DNA of 64,000 nucleotides. Origin: Malacoraja senta (taxonomy: Eukaryota). The DNA lies in NCBI GenBank assembly GCA_038087875.1, contig CM075987.1:28026001-28090000 (forward strand). The letters run 5' to 3'. The notes beneath the pieces were generated by a model. It was not told the DNA's origin. It did not search any database and worked only from the letters and a program-made list of their open reading frames with translations. Numbering within the stretch: the stretch's first letter is position 1; each line of letters starts with the position of its first letter. This document shows, piece by piece, positions 12,641 to 24,412 of the stretch. The position numbers and the translations under genes were made by a program.

Positions 12641-12905
12641 AGGGGAAAAGATTTAATAGGAATCTGAGGGATAACTTTTTCACACAAAGGGAGGTGGTGT
12701 GTGCAGAACAAGCTGCCAAAGGAGGTAGTTGAGGCAGGGACAATCCCAATGTTTAAAAAAAGTTAGACAGGTACATGGATAGGACAGGTTTGGAGGGATA
12801 GGGACCAAACACAGGCAGGTGGGATTAGTGCAGCTGGGATATATTGGCCGGTGTGGGCAAGTTGAACGGAAGGGCTTGATTCCATGCTGTGTGACTCTAT
12901 GATTC
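12641..12905 (+). mobile_element. CR1 3' end (continuation of 7730-8017)
   Basis: agatttaataggaatctgaggg..aactttttcacac...ctgtgtgactctatgattct tail. Confidence 0.8.
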
Positions 12906-12939
12906 TGATCACGATGCAAAATATCTGCTTATATCTGCT

Positions 12940-13510
12940 GACTCCAAGCAGAATTTCCCTCCTTTATCTTGAGCAGTCCTACCTTCTCTCTGGTTTGCCT
13001 AATTTTTAATGTAGGTATAAAAAGCTTTGAGATTTTCTTTAATCCTATTCACCAATAAGTTTTTCATTATTTTCTGTTTTTTATTGCATGACCAACACAA
13101 ATCTCCATGAGCGTGGACAGGACACATATGTGAGTTTTAATTTACATGCAGAATAATCTACATCTTGATTACACTTGTCGCTGACCAAGAAATCACAGTA
13201 TCAGGTCTCTGCTGGCATTAAATTTGCAGTTTACTGGAGAAATTGTAATGAATGTGTCATTGAATTTTTTTACTTACAATACCAGATATCTTTAGTAAAG
13301 TTAGGAACCAAGTCCTTGTATGTTTTCACTAATTATCTATCATGTTTAAATCTATTTTCCATTTCACCCATATCTCCCTTCAAACCTTTGTTAATGCCTT
13401 TAAATCGAAAACACTTAAGTTTCAGATCCAAATTTCTCACCCTCAATGTGAAATTCTATAATGCTACAATTACTTTCCCCAACAGGATCAATCATTAAAA
13501 GATTGTCCAC
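12940..13510 (-). mobile_element. Ancient CR1 ORF2 remnant
   Basis: The minus translation DPVGESNCSIIEFHIEGEKFGSET aligns by eye to APLGKSDHNMVEFFIRMESDIVNSET of the intact ORF2. Confidence 0.6.
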
Positions 13511-13589
13511 TCCTCAATATGAAGTTTGGCAACTGTAGTGACAAGGGTGCCATGGATGAAAACAGGCAGTCAATACAGGGACATAAGTT

Positions 13590-14890
13590 TTGTTTTGTTT
13601 ATTGTCACGTGTACCGAGGTACAGTGAAAAGCTTTTGTTGCGTGCTATCCAGTCAGCGGAAAGACAATACATGATTACAATCGAGCCATTTACAGTGTAT
13701 AGATACATGATAAGGGAATTACATTTAGTGCAAGGTAAAGCAAGCAAAGTCTGATCAAGGATAGTCTGAGGGTCACCAAAGAGGCAGATAGTAGTTCAGG
13801 ACTGCTCTCTGGTTGTGGTAGGACGATTGCCTGATAACAGCTGGGAAGAAACTGTCCCTGAAAGTGGAGGTGTGCGTTTTCACACTTCTGAACCTTTTGG
13901 TCGGTGGGAAAGGGGAGAAGAGGGAGTGGGCAGAATGCGACTCGTCCTTGATTATGCTGCTGGCCTTGCCGAAGCAGCGCGAGGTATAAATGGAGTCAAT
14001 GGAAGGGAGGTTGGCTTGTGTGATGGTCTGGCCTGCGTCAACAATTTGCTGCAATTTCTTGCGGTCTTGGATGGAGCTGTTCCCAATGCAAGCTGTGATG
14101 CATCTTGATAAAACGCTTTCTGTGGTGCACCTGTCGAGGTTGCTGAGAGTTGTAGTGGGATATGCTAAACTTCATAAGCCTTCTAAGAAAGTAGAGGCTT
14201 CGGTGTGTTTTCTAGATCGTTGGTTCAATATGGGTGGTCTAGAAGTTGTTGGTGATATTGACTCAAAGGAATTTGACATTTTCACCTATCTCTACTTTGG
14301 CGCCATCAATGCAAACTTGGATATGTGTATCACTACACTTCCTGAAGTCGATCACTATCTCTTTTGGCTTGCTGACATTGAAAGGTTGTTGTCTCGACAC
14401 AAGGTTTTCGATCCCCTTCCTGTACTCCATCTCATCATTATTTGATATCACAATCCGGTGTCGTCTTCTAATTAGAAAATTGAATTATTCTTGTACAGTC
14501 GTGGGTGCACAAGGAGTAAAGAAGGGGGCTGACAATGTAGCTTTGCGGAACACCAGTATTGAGGATTATCATGGAGGATGATTAGTCGCCTATCCTCACT
14601 GATTGTAGTCTGTTGGTCAAGAAGTCGAGGATCCATTTGCAGAGATGAGTGCTGACACCAAAGTCCTGTGAGTTTGGTGATGTTTGGATGGTATAATGGT
14701 GTTAAAGGCAGAGCTGTAGTCTATGAACAGGAGTCTGACATAGGTGTCTCTCTTCTCCAGGTGTTCCAGGGATGAGTGTAGGGCTAGGGCGATGGCATCG
14801 TCCGTGGACCTGTTGTGGCCATAGGCAAACTGCAGTGGGTTGAGGCCGCTGGGTAAACTGGATTTAATGCGTTCCATAATTAGCCTCTCA
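13590..14890 (-). mobile_element. Rex1/Babar-type LINE fragment
   Basis: [27 protein letters not shown]...[18 protein letters not shown] and C-terminal SIIKDESH.AHSLF...RFRSVKTHT..FRDSFFPAVIR. 3' end gtgacaataaac(aaaac). Confidence 0.85.
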
Positions 14891-15177
14891 AAAATTTTAT
14901 AAGATCCCAGTCAGATGAGGTAGAGTTTGAATGTGCATGGCTTAAAGATATAACACCCCATGGGTCTGGCACAACTTCCTCCTGCACCCAATCCAGCACG
15001 GAGGATTAAAACATTAATTATTATGTGCTATCAGTCACCGAAACAAGCAGATTCAAGGCAGTGTGGAGATCTGGATTATAATAAACATTGCGACAAATTC
15101 TAGGAGGCTCCAAACTTAAAAAACGAATCAATAAACATGTACTCCATCAACTAGGACTACAATAACCAGACTTCTTG

Positions 15178-16957
15178 TAGCGTTGTTACAATCCCTCCAG
15201 ATCTGCCGACTGCTGTGCGCGGGACTCGAGAGGCTGTTTGGGGGGGGGAGAGGGGGGGGGGGAGTAAACTGCAGGTTTTTCATTGTTAGGGAGGGATTTC
15301 CTCTTACGACAAGCTTATGATGTAGGGGAAATCCCGTTCTGTCATCCGTTCACGTTTTTTTTTCAACACGTTGCTGGTCTATTGAATCGCTGGATTTGAA
15401 AGTCGGGGCTCAAATTCAAGGCCTTCAAAATCATGGACAGCAAGTTCAGGCTAAAACAAAAGGTATGTAGGACGTTTATTTAATATCTTATCTAGTTTTT
15501 GGTGTAATTTAATTTTAATCTGATGATGCGAAATAAGTTAATTAGGCTCCTATATCGGCAACATGATCATTATCCGTATTGTGTAATTGTCTATCCGTGA
15601 TCACTATTTTCATGCTAAATATCTGACTAAAAACTTCCACAATACATAGGTATGTTACAAAACTTACCTTCAGTCGCGCTGTAATTCTGCCACTGGCCGT
15701 GTGCGCGATTTTGGCGCCTTTAAGGGGGGGGCGGGGTTAAAACGCGGTTTCTCCTCCCTTGTCCTGGAAATATTTTGTTGGAGTACAAACCTTCGCTGAC
15801 AAAATCGTTCCTACCGGCGATTTGTGAATTTTTTTTTTAAATTAAATCGTCAATGTCAGCGCTACAGTCATTTTAAAAGCAGCTCCTGAAGCGTCAACGC
15901 CAATAACGGGGACGGATTTCACACAATGGACAGGTAAACGAAAGTGCTTTCTTTAAATGTATAAAAGTGCTTCTTAAGAAGCCTTTAATTCACATTTTGT
16001 CATGCGACACGGTGATTTTATTCCCCGAATTAACGGCAGTATTTTTCATGCCAATACGGGGTTAAATTCACCGCAAATGAACGTTCCAAAAGATCGCGTT
16101 CCAGAAATTCTCACTCGCAAGATGAATTGAATCCCCATTAATTTACAGGTATTAAACATTCAATTCCTTCCATTTGGCCTGTAAATTCATGAAAATTAGA
16201 TTTAAAAATTATGTTATATTGTGAATTATTGTGTGAATGTTATTTGGACACTTAGGCTATTTAAAAATGTTAATCTATTCTTAAGAAATTGATAGATGTT
16301 TAGATCTAGTAATTGAATTTTGTAATTAGCTACAATTAGGTAACTAACTAATTATATGCTTTACTTTCATGTCTTCGAAGTAAGATTGTTTCATATTTGT
16401 TTCAGAATGCTTCAATCTATAATACCTGAAAATTTCTTTCAGTTACCATAATTTTTAAGAAAGTTATGGGCTTTTAACTGTCCTCGATCACAGCTTTTGT
16501 GTTAAGTCAATGGAAAAGCAATAGGGAACTAGATGCTAATTTCTGAGTATGATAATGGCCATAACTTTTTTAATACTGAAGATATGAAAGTGAATTAAGT
16601 GTCAAATTAAACTTCTTTTTATGCTTTATCTGATGGGATAAATTGCAGACTTTATTTTTTAAATCTCAAAATTTTGTAACATTGCTACAATACATACAGA
16701 TCGGATTGTGGCCGCCACCACATTGAACATGGCGGCAGCCTGTGTAAAACGTCCCTTGTCCTCGATCACAGCTTTTGAGTTGTCAATACAAAACAATAGG
16801 GAACAAGATGATAATTTCCTAGTATGAAAATTACCATAACTTTTTTAATACTGAAGATATGAAAGTGAATTAGGTAAATATTAGTTTTTTTTGCTTTATC
16901 TGAAGGGATAAATTACAGGCTTGATTTTTAAAATCTCAAAATTTTGTAACATTCCTA
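15178..16957. mobile_element. Non-autonomous DNA transposon (outer copy), TAG...CTA termini
   Basis: TIR tagcgttgttacaa / ttgtaacattccta. Direct repeat cttcttg at 15171-15177 and 16958-16964. No ORF. Confidence 0.8.
15647..16687. mobile_element. Non-autonomous DNA transposon (inner copy of the same family)
   Basis: TIR taggtatgttacaaaa / ttttgtaacattgcta. Direct repeat caataca at 15640-15646 and 16688-16694. The last ~200 bp are highly similar to 16757-16957. Confidence 0.82.
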
Positions 16958-17100
16958 CTTCTTGTCACCTCCAATCTTCCCGTTTCTCCACTCCTCGCAT
17001 ATAGTCCCCCATTGGTTGACCCTCATCGATGGGCTATGTTAATACTGTACTCATTTGTACAGTAATACTGTACTCAATACTGAATTGAGTTATTTAATGG

Positions 17101-17280
17101 ATAGGAAAGAACTGCAGATGCTGGTTTAAAATGTAGACACAAAAAGCTGGAGTAAATCAGTGGGTCTGGAGAAAAGGCATCGATGACATCTGAAGAAGGG
17201 TTTCGACCTGAAACGTCACATATTCCTTCTCTCCAGAGATGTTGCCTGACTTGCTGAGTTACTCCAGCGTTTTGTGTTTG
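17101..17280. repeat. Inverted pair of Penelope-derived short repeats with a hammerhead-like core
   Basis: acacaaaaagctggagtaa.tcag ... ctgagttactccagcgttttgtgt arms around ctgaagaaggg...gaaacgtc. Confidence 0.65.
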
Positions 17281-18179
17281 TACTCATTTAATGGAAGTAC
17301 CCCAACAAGTTCAGCTGCAAGTTCAGCTGCTGGATGTTTTATTGCGCTGGTGTCACATGTTATGGTCCACTGAATGCACACTTCTAGTAGGTGTTCATGG
17401 GCTGATCAGGAGCTGTCCAGCCAGAGCTGCAAACACTCCATCTAGGACCCGAACTGACATTCATGTTCCCCAAAACACTGGGGCTATAAAGACACTGTGT
17501 ATAAATGTACAAATAAATCACGTTTGGATCTGAAGAAGGGTCTCGAACCGAAACATCACCCATTCCTTCTCTCCAGAGATGCTGCCTGACCCGAGTTTTT
17601 GTGTCTATTGTCAATTTTTTCACGTTCTCCGAGGCTAAAAGCGTTGTCACGGACACTGCTTCTACATCAGCCTGCGTGTGATGCCCGCACCTGTAGAGAG
17701 AAGCATCGCCGCTACCACCGCCACGACCGCCGCCACACTCAGGCTGCCGCCCGGGCGCGCCATTTCCAACCGCCGCCGCACGTGACGCCGCGCGGCCGTT
17801 GTGTCTTTGGTTGTGTTGTGCCGCCGCCGCCATTTTGCTGCTGGTAATTGGCGGGAGATCTGCCGTCACGTCGCCCGCCCCATCGCCGCCCTGCCACAAA
17901 GAAACTCGTTCAAGACCCTGATCTATTTAGATGCAAAATTATGAACCATATATACACGCCGATGAACAACCCGCAAACACTAATGGTGCACATGTCAGAA
18001 GTAGGACTCTCAGATTCGTCGCATAAATTATTTAGATTATTGGAATCAGAGTAAAGGAGGCAGTTACTGATACAAATGTGCTCAGTTGTCAAAGATTGTG
18101 AGGCTCACATGAATGTTTTCCCAATATAAGTTTATTAGAATTTGGCATTACATAAGTTAGTATTGAGGTAAGATTGTAC

Positions 18180-18710
18180 AAATGATGATGAGTCAGTGTA
18201 TAGGAGGGAGATCAATCGACAAACTGGATGGTGCCAGTTAAACAAGTTTGCTCTCAACTTCAGTAAAACTGGGGAACGGATTGCTGACTTTAGAAGAGAA
18301 AGGCCGAGGATTCACAAACCTGTCTTCATTGACGGGACAGTGGTGAAGAAAGTCAAAAACATCAAATTCCTGGGTGTGCATATCTCTGATGATCTGTCCT
18401 GGACCCAGCACATTGATGCAATCACAAAGAAAGCCTGTCAACTCCTCTGCTTAGAAGATTGAGGAGATTCGATATATCAACGAATACTCTCTTGAACTTT
18501 CACAAGTGTACATACCGTAGGGAGCATATTGACTGGTTGCATCACAGCCTGGTTTGGCAACTCGAATGCCCATGAACAAAAAAGATTACAAAAAGTAGTG
18601 AACACTGCCGTCCATCCTGGATACACCTCTCCATCATCGAAGGGATCTACAGGGGTCATTGCCTCGAAAACGGCAGCCAACATCTTCAGATACCCACACA
18701 ACCCAGACTA
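18180..18710 (+). mobile_element. Rex1/Babar LINE fragment (degraded)
   Basis: IKFLGVHISDDLSWTQHIDAITKKA; LTGCITAWFGN...KRLQKVVNTA. Confidence 0.8.
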
Positions 18711-20562
18711 TACAAACCATTAATTAGCTGTGCAAATTAATTGTACGTTATCCAACTTTTACATCCACTTCCTGCATACTGGGGGCCAATGGATAGGCCA
18801 ATTAATCTACAAGGTTTGTACTGCATTAGCTGGAATATAACTTTCAAGGATGCATTCACTGACATTTATCCTATGAGTATGGCTGTTGAATTTCCCATTG
18901 CATTATATGAAGGTCCTTGGTGCATGGCCCTAGGATTGGCTGCTATGAGTCTAAACTCCCACCATCTTTGAAGAGTCATCTGGTACCTTTGAATAAATTG
19001 AATCTCTCCATTCCCTCCACCCAGACCTCTATCATTTTTCAATGACCCAGTTCAAAATAAGTTCCAGATTCCCAGTTAGAATCTGTTGCATCACTTTGAG
19101 GGTTTGGGTAGTGCAGGTTAGTCATATGGTTGCCCCACAAGAGAAAAACAAGCAACAATATACATATTATTTTGCACCAGAAGATCAATGTATTGCCTGC
19201 TTCAAAAGCAACAGATATAGGTTAATTGCATACAGTGATCTATATGCAGAATTTCCATTTTAAATCATGTTAACCCCCTGTGTATTCTAGGAAATGCACA
19301 ACAGGAGTTCCTAAAGCTAGATCTAATAGAACTAAAACTCAGAACCAAATGCAAGCTTATAAACAGAGGCAGCATCCTATTGATTTGGCTCAGAGATTGA
19401 ACAAATGTTTACACATGTCTGCAGGTCAATTTGGGTGGAGTAGTGAATAAAAACTGAGCTGTCTTTGACATCTGCATCCTGAAAATAAACTAAAAGATCA
19501 GATAAAATCTCTAGTTCTTTTTTGTTTTGTCAGTTAAATAACTAATGGGAGGAAAATAATGTATTAAGATCGCATAACCAACATAAATTCAAAAAAGGCT
19601 GAAATATAACAATCACCACACAGAAATTCTCGAATGATTACTATTCGACTTTGAGTCCTGAAAAGCGCTATATAAATAAAATCTATTATTATTATTATTA
19701 TTATTATTATTCAAAGAAACCATGACAGGCACGTGTTGGAAACTCCCCAATTGTTTATATGAGTGCAGTTCGAGAAACTCAGTCCATCTAAGACAATTCA
19801 ACTCAGTCCACCCAATACAACTCATAAAATTCACAACTTCCATTAATTGAAGGTTAAAGGCATCAGGAAGATGGGAATACCATTACTTCCAAGTTTCCCT
19901 TCAAGTTGTACATCATCCTAATTTGGGCCACAATTGCTTCAATGTGTGAGCAAAATCCTGAAACTCTCTAATAGAAATGCTGTGGCACGGTTAACAGTTG
20001 CATTTCACTTAAGGATTGTGAAACCTTGCTAGCTGGCTTCCCCATCTGAATTTTTTTTTAAAGTGCCGTTTGTTCCAAATTTAAATGCTCCAATATAGCA
20101 ATTTAGCAGTGTGAATTTTAATAACTTGTCCATCTATGCCAACTTCAGTCCTTCAATTTATGGTAATCTGAACATCTCAATGGGTTACTGTCAAGACTAG
20201 CAGCCCTTTGTAATCAAACCAAAACAATGTCTACAAACAGATACTCTGGTCAGATTTAGTGAACACTGGGAGTTATATTTAACAGGAGATGTTTATTACC
20301 AGAATTAATGAAGAACAATTAATTGCTGTTCTGTTGTTTAATTGTCCTAAGTGTTCCAAATCTTGATGTCACAGTGTTATATGGTTATGTCAGATGAACT
20401 GCAAAGTACAGCTAAAATTGAAGAAATGCAAGCCAGTAACATAATAATATTATGTGATGTCACAATCGCCTAAAGCATTTGTAACTGATGCCATATAATA
20501 CATCACTTTGTGTCACCTGTGGTGTTTGGGGACCTTAAAGTACAGCCAACACCACTGCCACC

Positions 20563-20620
20563 ATGGAAGAATGCATGTTTTATTTTATCTTGTTTTCCAT
20601 TCTCATTACTTTGCCTTCAG
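20563..20620 (+). CDS. Exon 1 (signal peptide MEECMFYFILFSILITLPS-G) of a putative mucin-like type I membrane protein
   Basis: Perfect Kozak gccaccATGg, hydrophobic core, and donor cag|gtagga in phase 1, matching exon 2. Confidence 0.8.
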
Positions 20621-21810
20621 GTAGGAAGAATCACGCATTTATTTGCACAATCAACTGGAAATTATTGTTCATGCAGTACTTTGGTTTGACATACCCTACT
20701 TTTGTAGAATGTTAGCTATCTGTAAAGATAGTTGTGGAAGATAATTAGAATCTTAGATATTGTAACAGAAACGATGTCCAGATTTGTTCGATTTTGCCAG
20801 CTGCCAACATAACCACATAAATGCCTGCAAGTTCAGGGCATTGGCATATGCATGTCAGACCTATAACATTCGTCATAATCCAAGCCAATGGTTTAAAATG
20901 TTAAATTGGAGAAGGCTGCATGAAGACCAGCTTTCCACCTGGCATGGATTTTAATTTACTTTGAATTATTAGAAAGATTAAAAATAAAAATAATTATAGA
21001 CACTACAAATCTAAAAAAAAAGGAAACCTGTGGAAACACTCAGCAGGTCAGGTAGGATCTGTGGAAAGTGAAAGAAAAAATGTTTCAGTTTGAAGATCTT
21101 TGACAGAATATTTTGATCGTTTCTAGCATTTTTGTTTGGAAGACTTTGCTTACCTTCCATTTTTAGTATAGTTGAGAGTGTCTGGAATAATTTTAATACA
21201 TAAAAATGAAAAACGTATCATTTATAATAGGATCCTTATTGGTTATTCTAGGCTTTGCTTCTGAAACTCACATGAGAATTATAGAAAAATACCTATATTA
21301 AATTTAGAAATAAATTTAAATTTCTGTGCATTTTGTTGCTATCCAAGTATTAAGTAAATATGGTAACTGCAATGCATAGAAAAGTAATCAAGATTTCTCT
21401 ATGGAAACTGCTACAGTGTGAACATTGACAATTAGACCAGAAATGGTTTTATAACTCTTTATTTCTGTGTCAGTCCTATGTCCCAATGCATCAAGAAATA
21501 TCACACACTTAATTTTAAATTAATCATATTGTGTAATACTTTTTAATACATGCTCCCTTTTCTATATGAAACTAAAATGCTATTTGCTTTCCCTTGGTTG
21601 AAAAACAAAAACAACAATTTGCAGTTATATAATACCTGTACGGCCAAGGTGGCTAACAGGAACATCATGAAATTAAAAATTGACAGTGGGCCACAGAAGA
21701 CAGCAGGTGAGAATGCTATACTCTTAGTCAATGAGACTAAGTTTTGGAGTAGTTAATTCAAGAGCACTTGGGAGAGAGTTCTCTAAAGCCTCGAACTAAA
21801 GTACCACACA

Positions 21811-21915
21811 GGGTGGCACAGCAGCACAGCTGGTAGAGCTATCAGAGACCTGGGTTTGATCCTGACTTCAGGTACTGTCTGTGTGGAGTTTGCATGTTCT
21901 CCAGGAGACCACAAA
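21811..21915 (+). mobile_element. tRNA-derived SINE head (partial)
   Basis: ggcacag...tggtagagct...agacctgggtttgatcctgac...tgtctgtgtggagtttgcatgttctcc. Confidence 0.7.
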
Positions 21916-22280
21916 TGCAAGCACATTTGTGATGGGCAAATAAGACGACTGACTTTAGGGTATAGAAGCCAAGCTTTTGGATGAGTACGTGGCAGCTGAT
22001 AAACCAGTAAAGAGAGAGAAGGGGACACGAGATTGCAGATGCTGGAATCTGGGGCAAAAAATACAGCAGGAAGAAATCAGCAGGTTGAGCAGTATCTGTG
22101 AAGACAAAGGGATGGTTGGCATTTCAAGTTGAGACCCTGCATCAGGATTGGGAGAGTAGAAGGAAGATGGTCAGTAAATAGAAGTTAGCGGACGGGTGAA
22201 TCAGTGTCTGGTAGGTGATAGGTGGAATCAGATTAAGGGGCGATGATAGGCGAATGAAACAACATGGTGGAGAGGGGATG

Positions 22281-22536
22281 CAGTGGACAACCCTCAACCT
22301 CTTGAGGACAGGCATCGGACGCTATGGAGTAGCAATGAAGAGGTGTGGCCTCGTGGAAAGCGCCTCCTGCGAGTGTGGGGACCCAACACAGACAGTGGAG
22401 CACATAGTCACCAGTTGCTCCAAACACCGGCCACCGAATGGTGAAAGAGGTCTGATTGACCTGGACGATGACACGTTGGCCTGGCTCGCCTCAACGGAGC
22501 TGCAGGTCTAAAAGACACACGACAGAAGAAGAAGAA
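22281..22536 (+). mobile_element. Vingi/Ingi-like LINE 3' end with 14-bp TSD
   Basis: WTTLNLLRTGIGR...CECGDPTQTVEHIVTSC zinc-knuckle C-terminus, stop, and (aga)n tail. TSD gtggagaggggatg at 22267-22280 and 22537-22550. Confidence 0.75.
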
Positions 22537-24147
22537 GTGGAGAGGGGATGTTAAGGCAGAGGCTGGTACGTGATAGATGGAAACAGAAATTTGATTGTTT
22601 TAGGCAGATGGATTCAAGTGGGGGAGGGAGGGGGAAGGATAGAGACAGCTGGATGCTAGTTTGCATTTGGTCTCACCATTGGCAGTGTTTCTAGCTTATT
22701 TTTTCTTCGCTGGGAAACAATTAAAGGTTTCAGTATTTGAAAGCTGAGACATGGGAAAAGCCAAGTGATTCATAGAAATGGAATTAACCTGTCCTAATGA
22801 TGATGTGGATGTGAAGTTGGAAAGTCAGCTCCAAGTCAAGCCCAATGCCAAGGTTGCAGGATTTAGCTCTAGATATTTGCTAGTGATGAGAATATTGGAC
22901 AGGGTGCAGAGATTGTGGCAGGTTACTAAAGGCAATGGCTTCAGCCCTCCCTCCAGTGATGAACCCACTGGATGCACCCGCCTACCTCAAGTAATGGCTG
23001 ACTCCACTCACCGACTCCTGGGCCCAGCCAGGAGCAGCAGTTTACTTAGAAACGTGTGAAGTATACTGGCCTGCAGTTGAGACTGAAACAACATGGCTTC
23101 AACCCCCTTCCCAACATTCTACTTTCCAAACGTCCAAGCTATTGAAAACAAGCTGGGTAAATTTAAAGCTAGTTTTACCTACATTAGGGAACTGAGAGAT
23201 GCAGTCTGCGTTTCAGAGACATGCCTCACCCCTACCTCACCTGACCGTGCCATACAACCAGAGGTCTGCACACTGCACCGATGGACTGTCTAGTATTGGC
23301 ATTCTCGGGCAAGATTAGGGGCACGATGTCTGCTTTCTAACTTATTCCTTGTGGTGCTTGGCTGTGGTGGTCCTGGACCTGGACCTGGAATCTATCATTG
23401 AAGTGTCATTCTTACTACCTGTTGCAGGAATTCACTTCGACCATCTTGACGGCAGTCTACTTCTCATCCCATGCTAATGTAAGTTTGCACTGGATGAACT
23501 ACACACTGTTGCCAAAAGCGTTGAAACAAAGTACCCCAAGACCATGTTCATAATTTCCCAGGGACTTAACCAGGCCAGCCTCAAGAGTGTGCTACCAAAA
23601 TACTATGAACATGTCTCCTGTCCCTCCAGAGGCACAGATTTCCTTGACCATTCCATCCCCTGACCGCATTTTGGAAAATCTGAAATCCCGGCTGTGCTTC
23701 TACTACTTGCTTACAAGCAAAATCTGAAATGGGACGAGTTGTATTGAGGAACTGGTCTGAGGAAACAGGTAAGATCCTTCTGCATTACGTTAATTGACTG
23801 GTCCATATTCAAGGGCCCTGTGGCTAAACTAAATGAGTATGCCATTGCTGTCACAGACTTCATCAGTAAGTGTTTTGAGGAATGCATGCCAAAGAAGACT
23901 ATATGTTCCCCAACCGGAAACCATGGATGAACTATGAGGTCTTTTCCCAGGTGAAGTCCAAGTATGCAATACTGAAGTCAAAAGTCGAATGGTGCTAGAA
24001 ATCTATTAATGATCTTCACAAACACATCAGGGCTGCCAAGAGGGAATTCCGGAACAACTTTGAGTCCAGGGATAACCACACGGACACCCGCCGATAGTGA
24101 CACAGCTTGCATGATACAATGGTGTACAAAGTGAAGTCAGGCAGTAT

Positions 24148-24412
24148 TGTAGGATCTACTGAATCCCACGACAGAAAGCAAAGAATAAACGACACTTAGC
24201 TGAGCCAGTCACCTTGTGTCACGTTTAATCCAGAGGCCCCTTTTACCTACATTCTCACCAATCATAACCTGTGTGCAGATAAGGCTGATTAGTGCATCTG
24301 ACCTTGGAGCTGTTATTGAACTCTTGTGGCTGGACCTTCTCGTGAGGCTGCTGGCGAGTCACCAGCGGTGACAGGCTATATGCAAAACCAACATGGGCGT
24401 GAAGACGCCACA
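24148..24412. mobile_element. Solo LTR (265 bp, TG...CA, 4-bp TSD gtat) inserted in the Rex element
   Basis: gtat|TGTAGG...GCCACA|gtat. Removing it restores Rex-like SGSITDNK..DELNAFY continuity. aataaa inside. Confidence 0.7.

Noticed and set aside
13278..13328. Apparent phase 1-1 minus exon (KTYKDLVPNFTKDIWY) that would splice onto the lectin exon
   Set aside because: The acceptor is purine-rich and the sequence is part of an old CR1 ORF2 remnant.
17384..17899. 171-aa Ala/Gly-rich minus ORF
   Set aside because: It spans a GC-rich insert and a Penelope-derived repeat; the open frame is explained by composition.
21625..21706. Plus-strand exon candidate LYNTCTAKVANRNIMKLKIDSGPQKTAG with a good donor
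   Set aside because: It is open from phase 0 but exon 1 ends in phase 1, and no bridging exon was found.
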